A stretch of 63,887 bases of DNA, the filler included. It is 6 parts of 6 records of this genome, joined end to end, with 100 filler letters (N's around TTAATTAATTAA, not from the genome) between each part and the next. Parts side by side here need not be neighbours in the genome. Positions count along the whole stretch, not along the records: positions 23,578 to 38,294 come from SRR2962707_3647; positions 38,395 to 43,790 come from SRR2962707_3651; 4 more parts are not named here. One strand, 5' to 3'. How positions within the stretch are numbered: position 1 is the stretch's first letter; each line of letters opens with the position of its first letter. Position numbers and translations under genes: made by a program. Shown here one piece after another: positions 33,902 through 43,761 of this stretch. The notes under the pieces are model-generated. The model was not told the origin of the DNA. It was given only the letters and a program-made list of their open reading frames with translations, and did no database searches.

Positions 33902-34857
33902 GACGCCTTGCCCTTCTTGGCGAGCGGATGGTGCGTCTGCACCAGTTCCTTCAGCCGCTCGTCGAGAACATGCGTATAGATCTGCGTCGTCGAGATATCG
34001 GCATGGCCGAGCATCTGCTGTACGGCGCGCAAGTCCGCGCCGTTGGCAAGGAGATGGCTCGCGAAAGCGTGGCGCAGCGTATGCGGCGAAACGCGCGTCG
34101 GATCGAGACCGGCGGCAACCGCGAGATCCTTCAGGAGCTGTGCAAAACGATGCCGCGTGAGATGGCCCTGACGGCCGCGCGAGGGGAAAAGCCACGGCGA
34201 GACATGATCGCCAAGCCGCATTGAGCGAAGCGGCAGATAGGTGTCGATTGCGGTGCGGGCGGCTTCCGACAATGGCACGAGGCGTTCGCGCCCGCCCTTG
34301 CCGCTCACCGCGAGGAACCGCTCCTCGCCGCGCACCGCCGAAAGCGGCAGACCGACCAGTTCCGACACGCGCAGACCCGTCGCATAAAGCACTTCCATCA
34401 GGCAAACGAGCCGCGCACGCTTGTAGGCAAGCACCGCCTCTTCCTGCGTGCGCCCGTCTTCGGCGCGCTGTGCGGCGGAGAGAAGCGCATCGACTTCCTC
34501 GACCGTCAGCGTTTTCGGCAGCGGGCGGGCGCGCCGCGGGCCTTCGATCGAACCGCAGGGGTCATCCGCGCGGATGCCTTCTGCAAAGAGAAAGCCGTGG
34601 AACTGGCGGATGGCGGAAAGACGGCGGGCGGCGGTCGAGGCGGACAGGCCCAGTTCGGACAGGTTCTCCAGATAATCGCGCACATCGCGCGTCATCGCGG
34701 CGTTCAGCTCTTTGCCGCGCGTGCCGAGAAAAGCGGAAAAGTCCTTCAGATCGCGTTCATAGGCATCGAGCGTGTTGCGCGCCGCACCGCGCTCCGCGCT
34801 CAGCATTTCCAGAAAGGCTTCGAGATGATGCCCGCGCTCCTGAGACTCTTTCGACAT
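33898..34857 (-). CDS. xerD: Site-specific tyrosine recombinase XerD
   Basis: LYATGLRVSEL, GKGGRER, HTLRHAFASHLL, LGHADISTTQIY; housekeeping aroK/accA context. Confidence 0.93.
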   Translation of the reverse strand: MSKESQERGHHLEAFLEMLSAERGAARNTLDAYERDLKDFSAFLGTRGKELNAAMTRDVRDYLENLSELGLSASTAARRLSAIRQFHGFLFAEGIRADDPCGSIEGPRRARPLPKTLTVEEVDALLSAAQRAEDGRTQEEAVLAYKRARLVCLMEVLYATGLRVSELVGLPLSAVRGEERFLAVSGKGGRERLVPLSEAARTAIDTYLPLRSMRLGDHVSPWLFPSRGRQGHLTRHRFAQLLKDLAVAAGLDPTRVSPHTLRHAFASHLLANGADLRAVQQMLGHADISTTQIYTHVLDERLKELVQTHHPLAKKGKAS

Positions 34858-34876
34858 ATAACTCACCCGTTTGAAC

Positions 34877-36871
34877 TCAACCACGTCCTGCGTTGCTTCG
34901 TGCCATCAACGCTTCCAGTGCGAGACGTCGTGCCTCGCTTTCGAGATTGACTGCCTTGAGGCTGGCGATTGCTTGCGCCGAAGCGCGCGGATGCACAGCA
35001 CCCGGACCTTTCTGCCCGACGGCCTCGATTGCGAGCAGAACCGTTTCACCGACGGCTTTCTTTTGACCGGCTACCTGAAGCCTGTTCAGCAGCGCTTCGG
35101 GCGGCACCTCGCCCGTGAGCGCGCTGCGCGCATCAAGCAGTGCATCCCAGACAGCAGGCGTGAGCTGAAAACCGAGCGCTTCGAGCATCATGGCCTCGCT
35201 TGCCGCATAGAGCTGCGTCGCTTTCACGCCCGACTTGAGATCGGAGACAATTTCGGCGGAAGCTTTTTCAGTGTCGAAGGATTGTGCCGACCCACCGGAA
35301 ACGCGCATGAGCCCGGTCAGTTCCCTGACGTCGCGGCCGAGCGTCTGACCCGAAGACATCAGCGCCATCCAGTCCTGTGCACGAGAACGCTCGCCGATGG
35401 CGATGAAGGCGCGCGCCGCGGCGGGCGCAAGCGGCCTCAGCGCATCGGACGGCACCATCCGGTCGAGTTCGGGGTAAAGCGCTTCCACCGTCGGATAATA
35501 GAGCCCGGCCGATTCCGCTGTGGCGAAGGCGAGCTTGAAGAGGTGAATGCGTTCGTCCGCCGCGACCGCCGCGCCGATAGACTGGAAGATCATCGCGCGG
35601 CGAAGGCCCGACGATTCCGGAATGTCCGACGTGAGAAGACCCGCCATCTGGTCCGGCGTAAAGCTCGGCTTACTGTAGTACCCCGCGAGGTCGCGGCCAT
35701 CGAGAAGGCCGTAAGCAGCGGCACGTTCGGCGGCGGCAACCTTCATTTCATCGGAGATCGAAGGATCGGCGAGGAGCGACTGCAGCAGCGCAGGCTCGGC
35801 AATCTCCACCGCGTTCTCCGGCAACTCGCGTTCCGCCAGCCGGTAGAATGCCGTGTCGACGATGCTGAGCTTGTTCGGCTCGGGCGCACGCAACGTGATG
35901 CCAGCCGCCGCCTCGCTTGCAAGCGAATAGAACAGCGCGTCGTCCATGCCTTCTTCGCGCGCGAGATCGAGCGTGAGGCTCGCGATTTCCGTGTTGCCTG
36001 CCGCAATCTGGCAATAGGCACTGAGCTTGACGGAGAAGGCCGCCATCTCGTCATGCGCGGGATCGTTGCCCGGCGGAATATCCTTCAGCGCATCGCAGGC
36101 AAGCCGGTCGTCGCCCTGCGCAAGCGCGGCGCGAGCGATGCCCGCCGCAACGGCAGGGCCCCGCTCCTTGCCGACCGCCGCGCCGAGATCGAGCGCGGCC
36201 TGCGTCTGACCGGCCGCGATCAGGCGGTTGAGCCGTGTCGCGAGGAGCGATGTACCGCCGCTCGCGCCTTCCGGCGGCTGCGCGCCGGTCAGGAGAAGAC
36301 GGCGAGCGAGATCGTTCATGATGGGCGAGCGGGTGGGCACCGGCAGGCGCGCGAGATAGCGGTCAATATCGGCGCGGGATGCTCCCTGCCACATATCGGC
36401 GCTGAAGCCGCCTTGCTGCGCACTGATGAGACCGGCGCTCGAGGAATCGACGCCGGTAAGCGTCCCGATCTGGATACCACTGCTGGCCTGTCCCGGCACG
36501 GCGCTCAGCACGCGGACGCTGGGCTCGCTCGCGCGCTTGCCCGCGGGAAAGAATTGCGAGGGCCCGGCGGGTTCTTCCGCCTGCGGCATACCGGATGAAG
36601 GCGTGGTCGCGCCATAGCCCGGCGGCACGATGCGGCGCGGGCCGCTCTCGCCCGGGGGTGCAAGACCCGCGGACGGCGCAGCCGGGGACGTCGACGCCGA
36701 TTCGGGCGTCAGGCTTTCCGGCATCGGCCCGGTCGGCTGCATGCCGGCAGGCGCCTGCAGCATATTCGCGTCCTGAGCGAATATCGGGGCGCCCGGCAGG
36801 GCAAACGCGGCGATAAGCGCGAAACCGGCGGCGACGGGCCGCCCTCTCGACTTAACGCGAAAACTGGTCAT
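34877..36871 (-). CDS. Conserved alphaproteobacterial exported hypothetical protein (~664 aa)
   Basis: Signal-peptide-like N-terminus, Pro/Ser-rich linker, GL.....GF..DMW.G motif, helical body, C-terminal EARRLALEA. Confidence 0.75.
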   Translation of the reverse strand: MTSFRVKSRGRPVAAGFALIAAFALPGAPIFAQDANMLQAPAGMQPTGPMPESLTPESASTSPAAPSAGLAPPGESGPRRIVPPGYGATTPSSGMPQAEEPAGPSQFFPAGKRASEPSVRVLSAVPGQASSGIQIGTLTGVDSSSAGLISAQQGGFSADMWQGASRADIDRYLARLPVPTRSPIMNDLARRLLLTGAQPPEGASGGTSLLATRLNRLIAAGQTQAALDLGAAVGKERGPAVAAGIARAALAQGDDRLACDALKDIPPGNDPAHDEMAAFSVKLSAYCQIAAGNTEIASLTLDLAREEGMDDALFYSLASEAAAGITLRAPEPNKLSIVDTAFYRLAERELPENAVEIAEPALLQSLLADPSISDEMKVAAAERAAAYGLLDGRDLAGYYSKPSFTPDQMAGLLTSDIPESSGLRRAMIFQSIGAAVAADERIHLFKLAFATAESAGLYYPTVEALYPELDRMVPSDALRPLAPAAARAFIAIGERSRAQDWMALMSSGQTLGRDVRELTGLMRVSGGSAQSFDTEKASAEIVSDLKSGVKATQLYAASEAMMLEALGFQLTPAVWDALLDARSALTGEVPPEALLNRLQVAGQKKAVGETVLLAIEAVGQKGPGAVHPRASAQAIASLKAVNLESEARRLALEALMARSNAGRG

Positions 36872-36995
36872 CTGGGAGAACCTTCTCCACTGTCTGGGCC
36901 TGCGGCGCGACCGACTGGTCCAGATAAAAAAGCCCGCCCGCAAATACAGCCACCACAACGGCGGCGATAACGAGAAAGCTGGTAGCACGGCTCAT
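36852..36995 (-). CDS. 47-aa single-pass membrane protein, absent from the ORF track
   Basis: MSRATSFLVIAAVVVAVFAGGLFYLDQSVAPQAQTVEKVLPDDQFSR*; purine-rich AAGGAAG RBS; overlaps the start of the next gene. Confidence 0.75.
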   Translation of the reverse strand: MSRATSFLVIAAVVVAVFAGGLFYLDQSVAPQAQTVEKVLPDDQFSR

Positions 36996-37251
36996 GATTC
37001 TTCCTTCTTCTGGGCCTTCAGTGGACCCTTCGGGTTCATGCCGCCGGGACAGTCCACCAGCAGTAGGGCCCGCATGCGGCGAAATTTGGGCGCGACGGCG
37101 CGGTTTGAAAGGCTTATCAACAGCCCCGGCCGGGCTGCAACCATGGTATCAATCGTTTACGATGCCGCTGGAACCGCGGATATTCGGGTCACGAGACTAG
37201 GACAGCAAGGTTAACGCCGCCAGAACGTGGCGGAATGCGGCCCGGAGCACG

Positions 37252-37860
37252 ATGAGGAGCGAGAACGGACTAATGATGGCGGAAACGGAAGCTGGCGAAA
37301 TGCTCGCCCCCGCGCCCGCGGCCGAACGCTCCATCGTGCTCGTGGGTCTGATGGGCGCCGGAAAAACGACAGTTGGCCGCCGTCTCGCCCGCCGCCTCGA
37401 CCTTGCATTCGTGGACGCCGATGCCGAAATAGAGGAAGCGGCGGGCGAAACCATTTCTGAGATTTTCGAGCGGCGAGGCGAAGCGGCGTTTCGCGCCGGG
37501 GAACGGCGCGTGATCGCGCGGCTCCTTGCCGGTCCGCCTCAAATACTCGCGACGGGCGGGGGCGCCTATATGGACCCCGTGACGCGGGCGAACATCGCCG
37601 CGCGCGGCATATCCATCTGGCTGAAGGCCGACCTCGACGTCCTGATGAAACGCGTCGGCAAGCGCGGCGACCGTCCTCTTCTCCAGAACGGCGACCCGCG
37701 CACAACAATGCAAAGGCTGATGGAAGAACGCTATCCCGTTTACGCTGAAGCGGACATCACGATCGAAAGCCTGGAAGGGCCGCACGACGCGGTAGTCGAA
37801 GCCATCATGGACAGACTGAAGGAGTTCCGTGCGGCGCACGCCGGACAGGATAATGACTGA
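37252..37860 (+). CDS. aroK: Shikimate kinase (true start may be 37273 or later)
   Basis: [28 protein letters not shown]. Confidence 0.95.
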   Translation: MRSENGLMMAETEAGEMLAPAPAAERSIVLVGLMGAGKTTVGRRLARRLDLAFVDADAEIEEAAGETISEIFERRGEAAFRAGERRVIARLLAGPPQILATGGGAYMDPVTRANIAARGISIWLKADLDVLMKRVGKRGDRPLLQNGDPRTTMQRLMEERYPVYAEADITIESLEGPHDAVVEAIMDRLKEFRAAHAGQDND

Positions 37861-38294
37861 CGTAACACGCAAAGTTACCGTCGAGCTTGGCGACCGCGCA
37901 TACGACATTCTCGTCGGGCAGGGGCTGATCGCAAATGCGGGCAACCATCTGCAGCCGCTTCTGCGGCGGCAGCGCGTTGCCATCGTGACCGACGAGACCG
38001 TCGCCGGGCTGCATCTGCCCGCGCTCGAAAAGAGCCTCGATGACGCGGGCATCCGTCATTCGACAAATCGTCTCGCGCCGGGCGAAGCCACAAAGTCGTT
38101 TGCCGAACTGGAAAAGCTGACCGAATGGCTTCTCGGCGAAGGCATCGAGCGCGGCGATCTCGTCATCGCGCTGGGCGGCGGCGTGATCGGCGATCTGACA
38201 GGCTTCGCGGCAGCAATCCTGCGCCGCGGCATCGACTTCGCGCAAATTCCGACAACACTGCTCTCCCAGGTCGACAGTTCCGTCGGCGGCAAGA
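37853..38294 (+). CDS. aroB: 3-dehydroquinate synthase, 5' part (truncated)
   Basis: [33 protein letters not shown]. Confidence 0.95.
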
Positions 38295-38394
38295 NNNNNN
38301 NNNNNNNNNNNNNNNNNNNNNNNNNNNNNNNNNNNNNNTTAATTAATTAANNNNNNNNNNNNNNNNNNNNNNNNNNNNNNNNNNNNNNNNNNNN
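38295..38394. other. Artificial contig-joining linker 3
   Basis: Same spacer. It truncates aroB and the ABC permease. Confidence 0.99.
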
Positions 38395-38994
38395 CATCAC
38401 CCGCGCCAGGATCGAGGCCTGCGGCAGGGCCAGCGCCAGTCCCGGCAGGATCATCCCGCGCATGGCCGCACCCGCATCCTCGTTCCAGGGAATGAACCCG
38501 CCCGTCGGCAGCCAGCGCAGCGTCACCGCAAAGACCAGCGTGAGCAGCATGCCGAACCAGAAATTGGGTATGGCCACCCCGGTCTGCGCCAGCACCATCA
38601 GCGCCGTATCGGTCGCCTTGCCCCGCCGCATCGCCGCCAGAATGCCAATCGGCAGCCCGACCACCACCGACACCACCATGGCGATCAGCGACAGTGGCAG
38701 CGTCACCGCCATGCGCTCGGCAATCAGCGCGGCAACCGGCAGCCGCTGCGTGGTCGAGAGCCCGAAATCGCCCACCAGCATGCCCCCGACCCAGGCCAGA
38801 AACCGCTCATGCGCCGGCGCATCGAGCCCCATTTGCGTCCGCAGCGCGGCCACCGCCTCCGGCGTGGCATTGATCCCAAGGATGAACCGCGCCGGATCGC
38901 CCGGCAGCAGGTCGAGCAACAGGAAGATCACCAGCGCTGCGATGAACAGCGTCGCCGCAAACCCGGCCATGCGGCGGATGAGAAAAAGGGTCAT
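38395..38994 (-). CDS. Peptide/nickel ABC transporter permease (DppB-like), 3' end truncated
   Basis: LLPGDPA, GLD.P, GDFG.S, IPNFW.G motifs. Confidence 0.9.
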
Positions 38995-39005
38995 GTGAAA
39001 GACGA

Positions 39006-39116
39006 CCCCCACCCAGCCTCCCCCCGCCAGGGGGAGGGGCGCCTGCGCGGTAGAATCTGAAATCCATACCACACGACAGCCAGTCCCTGCCCCCACGGGG
39101 GGAAGGTCAGGTGGGG
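39006..39116. repeat. GC-rich nested palindromic intergenic element (REP-like)
   Basis: CCCCCACCCAGCCTCCCCC.....GGGGGAGGGG at one end and CCCTGCCCCCACGGGGGGAAGG...GGTGGGG at the other. The ends are mutually inverted and each forms its own hairpin. Confidence 0.7.
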
Positions 39117-39135
39117 AGCTTGGGCGGGGATAAAG

Positions 39136-40614
39136 TTATTCCACCCAGTGAATGTCGCGCAGCACCACGCCTTCCACGGGCGCGTTCTGCCACATGCCGT
39201 CCAGCTTGGCGTTCCACACCCCGGTCTGGGCCAGCTCGAACAGATACCCATTGACCGCATCGCGGGCGATGATGGTCTGGATTTCCTGCGCCAGCGCCAG
39301 GCGTTCGGCCTCGTCCGTGGTGGCATTGAGCGTCTCGTTGAGGGCCTGCACGTCAGGGTTGTCATAGCCGAAGTAGTAGTCGGGGTTGGCATAGATGCCA
39401 ATATCGAACGGCTCGACATGGCTGATGATGGTCAGGTCGAAGTCCTTGTTGGCAAACACATCTTCCAGCCACTGCGCCCATTCCATGTTGATCAGCTCAA
39501 GATCGATCCCCACTTCGGCGAACTGGCTGGCAATGATCTGGCCGGACAGGCGCGCATAGGCCACCGGCGGCAGCTTCAGTGTGGCGGAAAAGCCGTCCGC
39601 ATAGCCTGCCTCGGCCAACAGCGTTTTGGCCGCCTCGATGTCATGCGGATAGGTGCCGGTCAGGTCGAGATAATAGGGGTGGTGCGGCGCAAAATGGGTG
39701 CCGATCGGCACGCCATAGCCATAGGTTGCCCCATCGATGATCTCCTGCCGGTCCAGCGCATGGGCCATGGCCTGGCGCACTTTGAGGTCGGTGAAGGGCT
39801 CTTTCCGGTTATTGGTCGAAAGAATGGTCTCGCCCTCGGTCGACCCCACCAGCACCTTGAACTGCGGATTGTTCTCGAACACCGCCAGCGCCTCGGCGGC
39901 GAAATTGTTCGTGCCGTCCACATCGCCGGCCAAAAGTGCATTGGTCAGCGTCGCCGTGTCCGAGATGAACACAAAGCTCGCGCGGGTCAGGGCCGGCGCC
40001 TCGCCCCAATAGGGCCCATATTGCTCCAGCACCACGCGACTGCCGCGATCCCACTGGATAAAGGCGAAGGGCCCGGTACCGATCGGTTCGGCCCCATTAT
40101 TGTCCGCGCTTTCAGGCGCCACGATCACCGCATCGCCCCGGCCCAGATTGAACAGGAACAGCCCGTCCGGCCGCGACAGCGAAAATTCCACTGTCATCGG
40201 GTCGATCACGGTCACCGCCGAAATCGGTTCGTAAAGTGCCTTCTGCGCATTCACGCTGTCCTCGGCCAGCAGCCGGTCAAAGGTGAATTTGACGTCCTCG
40301 GCATCAAAAGCGGTGCCGTCATGGAAGGTCACGCCCTCGTTAAGCGCAAACCGATAGGTCTGCCCGTCTTCCGCAATGGTCCAGCTCTCCGCCAGCCCCG
40401 GCTGCACCGCCCCGGTCTGGTCGATCCGCACCAGCCCCTCGAAGACATTCTGGTACACCACCACGTCGATGGCTTCCGCCGCCCCGGCCGTGGGGTCTAG
40501 GGCAGGGGGCTCCAGCGCCACGCCGATGCGGATTTCGGTGGGCTGGGCCAGGACCGGCCCGGCCATCAGCAGCAGGCCCGCCACCGTCAGCGCCAGTGTC
40601 TTGCGTACAGTCAT
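39136..40614 (-). CDS. ABC transporter substrate-binding protein, family 5 (peptide/nickel)
   Basis: GGAGGAG RBS; signal peptide; LDP, GLAESW, TFHDGT.FDAEDV, PIGTGPF, VRQAMAHALDR. Confidence 0.93.
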   Translation of the reverse strand: MTVRKTLALTVAGLLLMAGPVLAQPTEIRIGVALEPPALDPTAGAAEAIDVVVYQNVFEGLVRIDQTGAVQPGLAESWTIAEDGQTYRFALNEGVTFHDGTAFDAEDVKFTFDRLLAEDSVNAQKALYEPISAVTVIDPMTVEFSLSRPDGLFLFNLGRGDAVIVAPESADNNGAEPIGTGPFAFIQWDRGSRVVLEQYGPYWGEAPALTRASFVFISDTATLTNALLAGDVDGTNNFAAEALAVFENNPQFKVLVGSTEGETILSTNNRKEPFTDLKVRQAMAHALDRQEIIDGATYGYGVPIGTHFAPHHPYYLDLTGTYPHDIEAAKTLLAEAGYADGFSATLKLPPVAYARLSGQIIASQFAEVGIDLELINMEWAQWLEDVFANKDFDLTIISHVEPFDIGIYANPDYYFGYDNPDVQALNETLNATTDEAERLALAQEIQTIIARDAVNGYLFELAQTGVWNAKLDGMWQNAPVEGVVLRDIHWVE

Positions 40615-40684
40615 GGTGGTCTCCTCCATCGTGGCCAGATGGTTCCAAGCTATAGAGGAAGTGCGCCCCCTTGCGTAGCGGGGG

Positions 40685-43483
40685 CTACTCGGCTTCCTCG
40701 GCATTTTCGATCAGTGGCCGCTCATCGACCAGATCGGCCGGTATTCTGAGCGTGAACAGCATGCCCTCGGGCCCGGCCGGATCCACCGAAAGCGATACCG
40801 CATTGACCGCCAGCAGCGCCCGCGTCAGCGCCAGGCCCACGCTCGAGCGCACCGGCGCCAGCACCTGCCCCTCGCGCCCCACGCCATCGCGGAACACCAC
40901 GAAGCGCTCGGCCATATCCACCGCATTGACCGAGGCGTCGCGCACGTGAATGGCAATCGAGCCATCATCATGGCGCTGCGCCGAAATCACCACTGCGCCA
41001 CCCATCGTGGTCTGGTCGATGGCGCTGGCCAACAGGTTCAGCACCGCCTGCGCCAGCGAGGCCCGGTCGGCCGTGATCCGCGGCAGCATCTCCGAAATCG
41101 CATTGCGCACGATCACCCGGGCGCCATTGGCCTGGCTTCGAATGCGCAGCACGCATTGCTCGAGCAGGTCCGTCAGATCCAGGCTCGCGCGCTGCGGCAG
41201 ATAGCGCCCATCGCGCAGTCGTGCGTAATCGTCCAGTTCATCCACCAGCGCCGAAATTTCCTGGCCTGCCTGCCCGATATCGTCGGCATAGGCGGCGTAG
41301 CGCTCGCTATCGAGTTCGCCAAAGGCCTTGGAGCGGATGATGTCGGAAAAGCCGATGATCGTATTGAGCGGGCGCCGCACCCCGCGGCTGATCCGGCCCA
41401 GCAACGCCGGGTCGATATCGCTGGCCGACCTGACCCGCGCCGGGCTCATCTCGCGCGGCTTGACCAGGCCGAAATAGCCCGAAACAACCCCGGCCTGGCC
41501 GAGTGCAAACAACAGGATATCGGCCCTTCCATCGGCCGAGCGTAATGTCAGGCAGGGGCGGGCGGTCTCGGCAAAGCGCGCCGGCCGTTCCAGAAACGCC
41601 CGCAACGCCACTGCATCGTCCTGCCCGACCAGGGCCGATAGCGGCCGTCCCGTCATCGCCTTGCCTTCTCCCAGCATCGAGGTTGCCGCCGCGCTGGCCG
41701 CGCTTACCATGCCATTGCGATTGGCCTCGACAAAGCCGTCGCCGCGAATATCGGCAAAGGTCTGGGCAAAGGCTTTCACCGCATCTTCATGGCCCGTGCG
41801 CACTTCGGTCGTACTGGCCGACAGCATCAGGGCCGGGCGGCCATGCCAGGAGATCGACTGCAGGCGCGCGGTCACCGGCACCAGCGTGCCATCGCGCTGC
41901 ACCAGATGGTTGACCGGCCCCGCCTCATGTCCTTCGCCGCCCAGCACCGGGAAGATCGCCCCGAGCCCGGCCTGGCGCAGACTGTCCACCGACTCGTAAC
42001 CGACCATTTCGGTGATGGCGCGGTTGGCAAACAGCACCTGCTGGTCGCGGAACACCAGAATGCCCAGCGGCAAGCGGTTCAGAACCAGCGTTTCGCCGCC
42101 CAGATTGACCAGCGCACCAGATCCGCTTGCCCCCTGTACGGTCGGCAGCGCCGGCTCTGCCGCTCCATTGCCTGTCTGGCCGCGTTCGCCCACCCGATCG
42201 TTGAGAATGCGCGACAGCTCGTCGAAATTATAGCGCGACACCCGTTCCACCATTTCGGGGTCGGGCTGCGCGTCGGTCTCCGATGCGGTCTCAGTCGGCT
42301 CGGCGCCGGCCTCTTCTGTTGGCGTGAAACCGCGGCCGGTAATCTTGTAATATTGCGTTCCGGGTGCCTCGACAGGATCGGCAGGCGGGCCAACGGGTGC
42401 AGGGTCAGCTCCAAACGGCGGTGCGTCGTCTTCTTCGCTCAAAGGTGCATAAAGCGCCTCGTCATCGGCCAGCTTTTCCACGAGATCACTCAGCCGGCGC
42501 GAGACCCCCCGCAAGTCGTCGGGCACTTCCGGCTCGTCTTCTGCCTCGGCGGCGTCATCGTCTGCATGCGCGTCATCATTATCCGCGTCCTGCAGCTTCT
42601 GCTCTTCCGACACGGCCGCGATCGCTTCGAAAATGCTTGGCACCGGACGCGGCGCAGCGCCGTCATCTTCGGCCGAAACGCCATCCTGCGGATCAGACCA
42701 GCTGTCCGGATTGTCGGTTTCGGGGTCGGGGCGATGCGGTTCAGCCGGTTCATAGGCGATCTCGGCATCGCTGTCCTGCCAGCTCTGCAGTTCGTGGGCA
42801 TAAGCCTCGTCCGCGGCAATAGGGGCCATCCCGCCATCTGTTTCCGGCGCGGCCTCATCGGCTTCGGTCACGGCGTCTGCATCAACCGACACTGCGTAGA
42901 TGCCGTCCTCCGGCACCACTTCAACGGTCTCGTCTTCCGCTGGCACCTGGTCTGCGTCAGCCGGTTCATCGCGTGCGGGTTCGGCCTGCACCGGCTCCAC
43001 GACCTCCGTCGCGACCTCGGTAGGCGTGGCGCCATGCGGGTCTGCGGCGTCCGTCTCGGCGCGCGCGGCCTCGATCACCTCTTGTGCAATGGGGTCGACC
43101 CCGACGATCAGCAGGACCGGCTCATTGTCATCCCAGGTCAGCGGCGTCGTGGCGCAGGTGGCCGAGGCCGGTTTCTCCCCGGCGAGAAACTGAATGCGCG
43201 CCAGGCTCGTCCGTCCGGTCGAACCCAGCCGGATAATGCGCGCAACCTGTCCCTTGATCGGCACGGCAGGCGCCGGACGCTTGAGACCGTGTTTTTTCAG
43301 CTTGGCCAGGAACAGATCGGCCGCCGGGTTGGACCAGATCAGCCTGCGGCCATCCTGGGACCATAGCCATGCGGGACGTGAATCATCCTCATGCTGCTGC
43401 ACGCGCCGCGCGTCTGGCAATGTGTTCCAGCGGTCATCCATGGACTGCCTTTGTCTGGTCGCGACCCCGTTGATTTGTGCCAT
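40685..43483 (-). CDS. PdhS-like PAS-domain histidine kinase homolog with degenerate catalytic motifs (start may be 43441)
   Basis: N-terminal PAWLWSQDG.RLIWSN, acidic linker, PAS regions, HisKA-like ISRGVRRPLNTIIGFSDII, HATPase-like C-terminus. Confidence 0.8.
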   Translation of the reverse strand: MAQINGVATRQRQSMDDRWNTLPDARRVQQHEDDSRPAWLWSQDGRRLIWSNPAADLFLAKLKKHGLKRPAPAVPIKGQVARIIRLGSTGRTSLARIQFLAGEKPASATCATTPLTWDDNEPVLLIVGVDPIAQEVIEAARAETDAADPHGATPTEVATEVVEPVQAEPARDEPADADQVPAEDETVEVVPEDGIYAVSVDADAVTEADEAAPETDGGMAPIAADEAYAHELQSWQDSDAEIAYEPAEPHRPDPETDNPDSWSDPQDGVSAEDDGAAPRPVPSIFEAIAAVSEEQKLQDADNDDAHADDDAAEAEDEPEVPDDLRGVSRRLSDLVEKLADDEALYAPLSEEDDAPPFGADPAPVGPPADPVEAPGTQYYKITGRGFTPTEEAGAEPTETASETDAQPDPEMVERVSRYNFDELSRILNDRVGERGQTGNGAAEPALPTVQGASGSGALVNLGGETLVLNRLPLGILVFRDQQVLFANRAITEMVGYESVDSLRQAGLGAIFPVLGGEGHEAGPVNHLVQRDGTLVPVTARLQSISWHGRPALMLSASTTEVRTGHEDAVKAFAQTFADIRGDGFVEANRNGMVSAASAAATSMLGEGKAMTGRPLSALVGQDDAVALRAFLERPARFAETARPCLTLRSADGRADILLFALGQAGVVSGYFGLVKPREMSPARVRSASDIDPALLGRISRGVRRPLNTIIGFSDIIRSKAFGELDSERYAAYADDIGQAGQEISALVDELDDYARLRDGRYLPQRASLDLTDLLEQCVLRIRSQANGARVIVRNAISEMLPRITADRASLAQAVLNLLASAIDQTTMGGAVVISAQRHDDGSIAIHVRDASVNAVDMAERFVVFRDGVGREGQVLAPVRSSVGLALTRALLAVNAVSLSVDPAGPEGMLFTLRIPADLVDERPLIENAEEAE

Positions 43484-43761
43484 TCCGGTACAAACGTCCG
43501 AAGTTCCTTAAGTGTTCTTCAATATAGTGCAGCGGCGGGCGAATCCACCCCGGCAGCAGGCGGCAAGTGCCCAATCACGGACCATGGTTAAGTGTGCTTT
43601 CCTAAGGATTGGTCACGCCGGCCCACAAAATTTGCCGCCACGGGGGCATTTTTGGGGCACTGTCCACAGCGCAAAATCGGTGCTTGTCATCTCGGCCATC
43701 TCGACCTATGTTCCGCCCGCTTTCGGAGCCCGGTCATCGACCAAGGTTCCCAGCGGGTCCT

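Noticed and set aside
33898-34857. Tyrosine recombinase as a phage or island integrase
   Set aside because: Sequence and aroK/accA context fit housekeeping XerD. No att repeats or phage genes were seen.
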